Positions 30,559-37,535 of a stretch of 64,000 nucleotides of DNA are shown piece by piece; within the stretch, counting starts at the first letter, position 1; the number at the start of each line of letters is the position of its first letter. This DNA comes from an uncultured virus (IMG/VR IMGVR_UViG_3300041405_000400) (taxonomy: Duplodnaviria > Heunggongvirae > Uroviricota > Caudoviricetes): the IMG/VR virus record IMGVR_UViG_3300041405_000400; one strand, written 5' to 3'. The notes beneath the pieces were generated by a model. It searched no databases. It was not told the origin of the DNA and saw only the letters and a program-made list of their open reading frames with translations. Position numbers and translations under genes: made by a program.

Positions 30559-30774
30559 GTGACAGATTATGTGTATCGAAGGCAGGCGTATAAGGCAGCA
30601 AGGCAGAAAGTGAGAGAGGCGATGATTCATGGCAGGCTAGATCGAGCAGCCATTATTGACATTGCACAGGGAGTTATTGATTCCGATTACCCTGGAGCTA
30701 AGGTCGATATCAGCGATCTTGTTGGCGCATGCCTCTATTACCAACAAGGCATACATCCAGTTGATGAGGGCTGA
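30559..30774 (+). CDS. hypothetical protein
   Basis: AGGAG RBS, GTG start. Confidence 0.6.
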   Translation: MTDYVYRRQAYKAARQKVREAMIHGRLDRAAIIDIAQGVIDSDYPGAKVDISDLVGACLYYQQGIHPVDEG

Positions 30775-30841
30775 TCGGAATTTCAACAGATTAACAAAAA
30801 GGCCTATGAAGGCCTTTTGTTTTGTTTGATGGACTACGATG

Positions 30842-31432
30842 TTACAGTTTTATGCCCTTCTCTTCTGCTTTCTTGATGAAGTGTTCAGCTTGTGAGTCCT
30901 TATCCAAATGATCGGTAATTTGATCAATAGGATGCGTCAGCCAGCGGATAAGTGATGAATCTTGCTGCTGAGCAGGCTTTTTCTTCCATTTTCTTTTCAG
31001 GTTCCCCTTCCACAATTCAGCTTTTGTGTCGGGATCAAAACGCGTTGCTTCAATGAATTTAGCGCCAACACGTTTGAATTTGACCACCTGCGGTTTGCAG
31101 GAGCTGTTACCGGTGCTTTTTTCTTTGTAAACAACACTTTTGTCAGCCTGTTCACCCATTCGCTCCAACGGATACCGGCAGTGATGGCGATTGTTCATGG
31201 GGCCATCCCAGACATGAAATACGTTGTAGCTGGTCGAGCTGGGGCCGATGTAGGCTTTACCAATGATGTTGCCCTGGCCGTTCATTTCGCCGCGCCATAC
31301 GCCTGCCAGAGAGGTGCTGTCCGTGGGTTTGAAGTTCTGTTGCTCTTTTTGTGTTTGATCTTGTGCCTGGGTTATCATGGGGGTTGAACAAACGATGCCC
31401 AATAGGATTAATTTGGATAGTTGTCTGATCAT
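30842..31432 (-). CDS. secreted hypothetical protein
   Basis: signal peptide. Confidence 0.75.
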   Translation of the reverse strand: MIRQLSKLILLGIVCSTPMITQAQDQTQKEQQNFKPTDSTSLAGVWRGEMNGQGNIIGKAYIGPSSTSYNVFHVWDGPMNNRHHCRYPLERMGEQADKSVVYKEKSTGNSSCKPQVVKFKRVGAKFIEATRFDPDTKAELWKGNLKRKWKKKPAQQQDSSLIRWLTHPIDQITDHLDKDSQAEHFIKKAEEKGIKL

Positions 31433-31677
31433 TGTTTTTTGGCTTTCTTGGCTTTCTTTTGAATGACGACATTGGCAACGTGTTCAATCGCTACGTTCTT
31501 CATCAGCGAGTAGCCGTTCTCACCGCCTTTTGTTCCTCCGCCGAACCACTGCGCCAGCAGCGCAACAGCTTCAGCGCCTTTGACCTCCTCTCCATTTTCA
31601 AACTTGTCCATGATGCTTTGTTTGACAGTTAGTTCGCCATATTCACCGTCTTCAAACAGTTTTTCAATCTTCATCAT
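31429..31677 (-). CDS. hypothetical protein
   Basis: GAGGTG RBS. Confidence 0.7.
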   Translation of the reverse strand: MMKIEKLFEDGEYGELTVKQSIMDKFENGEEVKGAEAVALLAQWFGGGTKGGENGYSLMKNVAIEHVANVVIQKKAKKAKKQ

Positions 31678-31704
31678 TCACCTCGTTGGTTAGGATTACT
31701 GGAA

Positions 31705-31739
31705 TAAAAAAACCGGCAGCCCGAAGGACTGCCGGTTTG
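31705..31739 (-). terminator. intrinsic terminator after tRNA-Thr
   Basis: AAACCGGCAGTC-CTTCG-GGCTGCCGGTTTTTT. Confidence 0.85.
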
Positions 31740-31743
31740 TATG

Positions 31744-31819
<76 letters not shown>

Positions 31820-31902
31820 GTTGATGTGTTCATTGTATATATAGAGGATTGACTAGGCAAGCATTATTTTCATGGTTTTTTGATTATTTTATTGGTGTTC
31901 AA

Positions 31903-32157
31903 TCAGCATACAAAAAACAGAATAGTGAAAATCAGGGCGCCGGTCATTTGGAAAATGGTTACTTTTCTAATTGTTCCAGGATTTTTCTGCCAATCATGGA
32001 TAAGGCCATTGAATATTGATACATGCTCTTGAAGGCTGTAGTTCTGTTTAATCACATGATACGTGACAAAAATGGCAAAAATTCTGAGAGGGATATGCAC
32101 AATGAAAATTGAACAAACAAATAAAATGGCAATATTCGACGCTAACTGAGATGTCAT
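31903..32157 (-). CDS. small membrane protein
   Basis: hydrophobic ORF with AAGGGG RBS. Confidence 0.6.
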   Translation of the reverse strand: MTSQLASNIAILFVCSIFIVHIPLRIFAIFVTYHVIKQNYSLQEHVSIFNGLIHDWQKNPGTIRKVTIFQMTGALIFTILFFVC

Positions 32158-32184
32158 TATCGCCCCTTCGAGCCTTGAAAGTGT

Positions 32185-32470
32185 TAATGCAGGGAGGTCG
32201 CAGCATCTGGTTAGCTCGTGACCCAAGGGCCAAGGGTTCCCCGATTGATCGTTGTTGCCTGATCACCGCCTCCACAGCCTTGTAGGCAAAGCTGCCGTCC
32301 ACACGTGGGGCCTTTACCTACGGCAAGTCCACGAACTGCTCTTACGCTGCATTGGGAAAGATCGAAGCACTTCAAGGGTGCCTGTCTCGCAGTTACAAGG
32401 GAAATAGCGACCCGTCCCAGGTAGTGCGTCTATCGATGTTTTCCAATGCATCCTCTTTCGAGGAAGTTGG
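32185..32470 (-). ncRNA. two stem-closed structured RNA cassettes
   Basis: AATGCAG/CTGCATT and TGCATTGG/CCAATGCA closing stems, CCTC-GAAA-GAGG hairpin, promoter at ~32494-32523. Confidence 0.55.
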
Positions 32471-32542
32471 TTTTAACTGCAAAACTTCTGTGTATTATAT
32501 GGAGTGTTAGACTATTTCTTCAATAACGAAAACATCAATCCA

Positions 32543-32746
32543 TTAAATCGAGCAGGTTTTACGCAGCAATTCTGCCGATGGTACACTTGCCCTCACCTTT
32601 TCCTCAATTTCAATATCGTACAGACGCATTCTCTCACGGCTTTCCGCAAAACGTTTGTCGATTGCCGCAGTTTCTTCCGGTGACAACTTACCTGCATTGT
32701 ATAGACGCAATTTTTCTGTAATTTCAAGCAATGCGGCGAGGGACAT
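32543..32746 (-). CDS. hypothetical protein
   Basis: AGGAAG RBS. Confidence 0.65.
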   Translation of the reverse strand: MSLAALLEITEKLRLYNAGKLSPEETAAIDKRFAESRERMRLYDIEIEEKVRASVPSAELLRKTCSI

Positions 32747-32909
32747 TATTCTTGCTTCCTGAATTTTCGTTTAAAAGTTTGATTATACTCACAAGAAATA
32801 GTGGAGAGGCATTAAACCGAGACGGGACTTTAACCCGTCGAAGTCTGTCGTCATCACAGTGCCCTTTTCGCTCGGCCACCGATCTAATGCCTTTCCAGTA
32901 CAGCCTGAA

Positions 32910-33332
32910 TTAAGAACTTTGTGTCTCTTCGATGGGTGTCCACTTTGTGGCGTCCAACTCATGGGCTTTCCACTGATCGATACTGCCATCACCAAAGATT
33001 GTCATAATAATGTAGTCACCACATTTACGGCCATCAGTAACCTGTAGCTCATCAGGGACATAATGGCTTTTGAGCTTGGCAATTCTCTGTTTATTTTCAT
33101 CAAGCAGCCAATAAAGTCCAGCATCGCAGACTTTGTAATACACACGAGCCTCAATTCCGGCTGGCCAGTTTAAAACATGACCAGAACGAAGATCGATAGT
33201 TGGCATCCAGCCATCGCCTTTCCGAAAGGGAATCTTGCCTCCGGTATCAGCAACACCGTTAATATAACCGTCTTCCCAATATCGGACGCCAGCATCTACT
33301 TCAATGAATCTAGCGCATTTGATTTTAAACAT
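32910..33332 (-). CDS. conserved phage-type hypothetical protein
   Basis: VDAGVRYWED...YKVCDAG motif. Confidence 0.75.
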   Translation of the reverse strand: MFKIKCARFIEVDAGVRYWEDGYINGVADTGGKIPFRKGDGWMPTIDLRSGHVLNWPAGIEARVYYKVCDAGLYWLLDENKQRIAKLKSHYVPDELQVTDGRKCGDYIIMTIFGDGSIDQWKAHELDATKWTPIEETQSS

Positions 33333-33529
33333 ATTCAGTCATAATCCGTGTGTAATCTTGTTGCGTTTGCCTAGTCTACACCATTTGCATTGGAGATTGG
33401 CTTTCTAAATGCTTATCTTCATTGCAAACTTCTCTGAGGTGATTGTGTGCTCTTACCTGCCGTCACGGCACTACCTTCCGTCCTCTTGACTTCTTCTGCG
33501 CCCTAAAGAGCGGAGAAGGCCATAAGGTG

Positions 33530-33814
33530 ATGTACATCAGTGATGTACACCCCGGCAACGAAGGCCTGCTGCCTGAAGCTGAGCAGATGGCGAAGCAATT
33601 CGGCACCTATGATCAATTGGCCAACAGCATTTCGATTGATCAAGCATTCGTTTGGGTCGGGACGATCCTTACAAAGGATGCAGATGCCTGCACAGAAAGC
33701 ACGCATGCCATTGATCAGTTTATCGAGAAGGAAATTAAAACCGGTAAGACGGTATCGCGTGTTGGGAAGCCTGTGATGAAGATTACCAACAAGCCGATTG
33801 CCTGCCCGGCATGA
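33530..33814 (+). CDS. hypothetical protein
   Basis: ORF; start uncertain. Confidence 0.5.
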   Translation: MYISDVHPGNEGLLPEAEQMAKQFGTYDQLANSISIDQAFVWVGTILTKDADACTESTHAIDQFIEKEIKTGKTVSRVGKPVMKITNKPIACPA

Positions 33815-33893
33815 GGCTGATTTGGCGGGGCGGCGTCCCGCCACATTGAGATCTGTGCCAGTCAACTGATTCTGTTTTCTATTCGATGCGACA

Positions 33894-33919
33894 CAAAAAG
33901 CCCGCTCGATGGCGGGCTA
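33894..33919 (-). terminator. terminator of the RNA-cassette operon
   Basis: AGCCCGC-CATCGA-GCGGGCTTTTT. Confidence 0.8.
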
Positions 33920-33940
33920 GATTGCGACAAGCGTTCAGCG

Positions 33941-34201
33941 TCACATATTGAACGCGTCCAGGGCCTCTTTACAGGTCATCTGATAGCCGAGCGAGGCCCC
34001 TTCTGAATCACCTCGCGTTGGTCCTTTGTCAGTCATGACCCAAGGTACTTTATTTTCACCCATCGTAAGCGCTAGACCGTTCTGGTCGCAGGCAATCCAT
34101 TGTGATTGAGGAGAAATCAGGTCGGCTGCGGCATACGCCAATCCACAAAGCCCAAGAGCAATGAGCGCTGCCAAGATGCGCAGCTGAATTCGTATGATCA
34201 T
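33941..34201 (-). CDS. small secreted protein
   Basis: signal peptide (…AYAA). Confidence 0.65.
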   Translation of the reverse strand: MIIRIQLRILAALIALGLCGLAYAAADLISPQSQWIACDQNGLALTMGENKVPWVMTDKGPTRGDSEGASLGYQMTCKEALDAFNM

Positions 34202-34239
34202 GTTTTCACTCGATAGATGTGTACCGGTTCTGCATTGGA

Positions 34240-34366
34240 AACCCATGTGAAGAGACTCGAACTCTCAGATCTCGGCAGTTTGTCCCGACCGTGGATCGCG
34301 CGCCTTCCCGGTTCTGAGTCCCGGTTTAGGTGCCGCCTGCGTCTACCAATTTCGCCACACATGGGT
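34240..34366 (-). ncRNA. Leu-type tRNA scaffold with an expanded central insert
   Basis: D-arm GGCGAAATTGGTAGACGC, T-arm GAGAG-TTCGAGT-CTCT, extended acceptor stem. Confidence 0.6.
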
Positions 34367-35716
34367 TTCCAATACAGCCTCCGAAGAGGATGTTTTGGGC
34401 AGGGCTGGAGGCAAATTCCAGCTTTTCAAAGTGCCTTGGCCACGGGTTACATCACGTATAGCTTAATGAAAAGCAGCCCCGTTATTATGCGACAGCCGTT
34501 GCCGATTGAACGACATTCCTGCTTTTGAATTATACAATACTTTCTTAAAAAATATTATATGCATCGGCAGAATGATTTGGTGATGGATTCGAACCATCGT
34601 CCCGGAATGCCGCGCCGTTGATCAAACGGCCCTGCCAAATCACTCTCCGATGCACTCTCGTGTGAGAATGCGGTGTAACGGGTGACACAAATGACCGGCA
34701 CTGAACTCCGGCTTTAAGGCGCCAAAGCCACCATGCCCTTTCGGGTTTGCTTCCAGGTGGCAATTAAGCACTCAGTTATCTGGGCTGCGCATCAGCCTAC
34801 GCATTCATTCGCATCGGGGTGTGATCTGGCCGGTGCTGGTCTCCGGCATTCGTGGTTATCTGGTGGCCTGCAACCTTCAGGCTCTACGAACTGGGCACAA
34901 CCCCAACGTCAGATGCGCATTACTTGGAATCATCGAACAGCTCCCGGATGTTTGTGGTTACGGGAGTGCCTGTCTGATGTGTTCCCCACGATCAAGCTTG
35001 CTTGCGTATCAGCCTACGCATTCAGATCACACCCCGATGCGCTCTCAGAGAGAGTAATCGGGCAGTTAGCGACAGGCTGTCGTGCAGTGATTCTGTGTCC
35101 GAAGGAGGTCGGACCGGCATGCAAGGCCATTACGCCATTCACCCACCTATCGGGCTCTGTCACCCCTTCATAACGCGTTCGGGGTTTTACGCGGCGATCC
35201 AGACTTACTTTTATATGGGGTTCCAGGGTCGCATCTCGCCCATTTCGTTTTGGCTTTCGCCTAATTCTTGCGGTGCATCTGAAGCTGTATTGGAATGTCG
35301 GTCCACACCATTTTCTGCAATCAACGTCCGGGTGTTCGCCACAATCCGATTGCTCTGGAGATGCTTTTTTCATGACCCGCCGACATTCCGATACAGCCTC
35401 TTTCGAGGTGATCGGGCCGTCTTTCCGGCTGTCACAGAACCAACGATTGAGCCGGTAGGTCTGAACGGCTATCCCTTTATGTGCTTGGGAGTCCAGCAGG
35501 CGGCTTGATCCCCGCTCAGGATTCTTTGTGACACTCTCGCGTGAGAGTGCTGTATTACGGTTGACGCAGATGGCCGGTACTGAACTCCGGCTTGGCGCTC
35601 TCCTGGGCGTGTTAGCGTATTTCACCTCGCAAGCGGTCTCTCACCGCCTCTTCCCTTTCGGGTTGCCCCAGCCAGTTGCGCATCAGCCTGCGCATTCATC
35701 AACGTCGGTGTTGCTA

Positions 35717-35803
35717 TGGAGCGGGTACATGGATTCGAACCATCAGCCGCTAAGCCGCCTTTATCCACTAGTAGGATTGCCCCCAATGGGCTCGGTTCCC
35801 CGC
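35717..35803 (-). ncRNA. aberrant tRNA-like RNA with CUA at the anticodon position
   Basis: GCGGG/CCCGC-T-CCA acceptor, ATGG-TTCGAAT-CCAT T-arm, ATCC-TACTAGT-GGAT arm. Confidence 0.6.
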
Positions 35804-35808
35804 AAATC

Positions 35809-35878
35809 TGGCGCCCCTACGTGGAGTTGAACCACGCGACCGACGCATGATCAGTGCGATCGTCAATCCCTCCAGGGC
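35809..35878 (-). ncRNA. D-arm-less tRNA-like RNA with a GAU loop
   Basis: GCCCT/GGGGC-G-CCA, CGTGG-TTCAACT-CCACG, CGCA-CTGATCA-TGCG. Confidence 0.6.
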
Positions 35879-36209
35879 AAATTCTAATGCAAATGGCCGG
35901 TACTGAACTCCGGCTCAGCCAATCTTTTCTATTAGGCAGTTTCAACGGCATGCCGCCTCATATACCTGTAAACCCTTTTGGCCCATCCAGTTTCTCAGTG
36001 CGCCTCAGTCGGCGCCAACATCTGCATTGGTAGGTTCACCGGCTAGGACGCATTCGGCTGGTACAAGCCTCGAAAATATTGCCCAAACGGGGGACATAAA
36101 ACCGGTCACGCCTCCCGTCCTCTGACCGGATTGGGCCGCTCTAAACGGCTTCCGGTGAACCTCCAATACAGCCTCTTTCGAGGCTAAGCCAACCAGCGGT
36201 TTCTCACGC

Positions 36210-36455
36210 TTAGTCGTGCCGATTGATCTTAAGTGTCCATTCGCGGTCGCCATCCACTGACAGCGTGACCTCATGGTCTTTCTTCAATGCCCTGACAATG
36301 ACGCTTTCTGTGGCCAGGATGGGCTCTTTATCTTCATCTTCGCCGATTTCCGCAGCCAAATACAGCTTTTCTGCTGCCACTTCCTTAACCAGCGCTTTGC
36401 GGGTCGTATAGACAGTGATCTCGTAGGCTTCGTTAACGGTTGTAAAAATCGTCAT
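36210..36455 (-). CDS. small acidic hypothetical protein
   Basis: ATG at 36455 with GGA RBS. Confidence 0.65.
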   Translation of the reverse strand: MTIFTTVNEAYEITVYTTRKALVKEVAAEKLYLAAEIGEDEDKEPILATESVIVRALKKDHEVTLSVDGDREWTLKINRHD

Positions 36456-36530
36456 CAGAGATTCCGTAATCTGTTTTGTGTGCAATAGCACAATGCATTG
36501 GGGTGAAATCTGACCGGATGTGATCCCGGC

Positions 36531-36600
36531 ATGTGTGGGTGGACTCGAACCACCGACGCGCCTTTTGCGAGGCCGCTCTACCAACTGAAGCTACACACTA
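36531..36600 (-). ncRNA. pseudo-tRNA nested in a cassette
   Basis: TAGCTTCAGTTGGTAGAGC D-arm, GGTGG-TTCGAGT-CCACC T-arm, shortened anticodon arm, no CCA. Confidence 0.6.
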
Positions 36601-36852
36601 CGCTATCTGTTCACCGGGCCTAGGAATCCCGTCACCGTCAAGCCTATTGAGTCACAAACTCACTTTCAGATTCCACCCCAATGCATCCCCAAAGGGGCAG
36701 TGGGCTTAAAATTGCATTAGTGGATGCTCCGATAACTACTTGCCATGCTTCGAATATTATCCGAATCAGGGAATTGAACCCCGGACACACCCCATTTGAT
36801 GCTTCCCTAACGCAGTTATGTTTACAAGTTCATATTCTGCTCTTGTCGGACT

Positions 36853-36881
36853 ATTTTAGCGAGGTCTCATACATGTGTCAA
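36853..36881 (-). promoter_or_regulatory. sigma70 promoter of the cassette operon
   Basis: TTGACA-17 nt-TAAAAT. Confidence 0.8.
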
Positions 36882-36926
36882 TGCTATTTTCAGATTTTTT
36901 TGAATCAAACGGCATCTGGTGTTGTA

Positions 36927-37244
36927 TTAGTGGATGGCAAACACATTACTTCGCTGGATAATCAGAATATCACCGGCTTCAAGGCCATGGTTTTCGGTAT
37001 TTTTAAGCACATTGGCGACTGAACCGAACATGTGAAGTGGATCTACCGCCAGGAGATCAACCCAGAACGCTTCACTACCTTTTTTGCCGTATTCACCCAC
37101 ACCCACTTTCACATAATCGCCAACCTCTAGCGAATGGAGTTCAGTTGCACTGGGAAGTGTTATTGTGAAGCCATGTTTGTCCGCGATTTCTTGTGCGTTA
37201 TGGAGATCTGCATGTTTTACTGAATTTGGGTCAAATGTGGTCAT
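36927..37244 (-). CDS. hypothetical protein (DUF2314-like)
   Basis: GDYVKV...EAFWV...GSVAN. Confidence 0.65.
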   Translation of the reverse strand: MTTFDPNSVKHADLHNAQEIADKHGFTITLPSATELHSLEVGDYVKVGVGEYGKKGSEAFWVDLLAVDPLHMFGSVANVLKNTENHGLEAGDILIIQRSNVFAIH

Positions 37245-37535
37245 GGTTCGCTCTAATAATGTGAGTGGTCGTTAGCGGCAAGTGGTTTGAATTTCATATA
37301 TTATCAAATTTGCGCTTCAGGCGCCTCTTTCTTGCGTCGGAAGATTTGCTTTTTTGCCTAAGTACGCACCGTATTTAATGTTGTCAACAGGGGGCTGAAG
37401 GGTGGACTTACCACTGGTCGGCAAACATGCACTAGATATTTCTGTTGCAGTGACAAGAAAATGTAAGAGCGAGACTGTTTGGCATCTGTTGCAATTATTT
37501 ATTATGACTTTCTTGAAAAGACAAAAACCATCCAC

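Larger units (their letters stand above)
34230..36846 (-). ncRNA. polycistronic array of structured, tRNA-like RNA cassettes
   Basis: repeated closing stems, T-arms and kissing-loop scaffolds; only one short CDS; promoter and terminator bracket the region. Confidence 0.75.

Noticed and set aside
32385..32412. Twister ribozyme (GTTACAAG on the plus strand)
   Set aside because: Lacks the following GCCC and the UAA..GC / GCRGAG elements, and is on the strand opposite to the likely transcript
34217..36274. Track ORFs over the cassette array (e.g. 34733..35173, 35002..35508, 35014..35625, 35528..35830)
   Set aside because: No RBS, atypical composition, and they overlap clear RNA stems and T-arms; treated as spurious
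34230..36697. CRISPR array interpretation of the repeated motifs
   Set aside because: Repeats are not identical, spacing is irregular, and no cas genes are present
34230..36697. Integron attC cassette interpretation
   Set aside because: No consistent RYYYAAC/GTTRRRY ends, no integrase, and GNRA/UUCG loops and G-U pairs favour minus-strand RNA
37380..37405. GTCAAC-type IS200/IS605 end
   Set aside because: Better explained as the -35 box (TTGACA-17-TACTTA) of a minus-strand promoter; no palindrome
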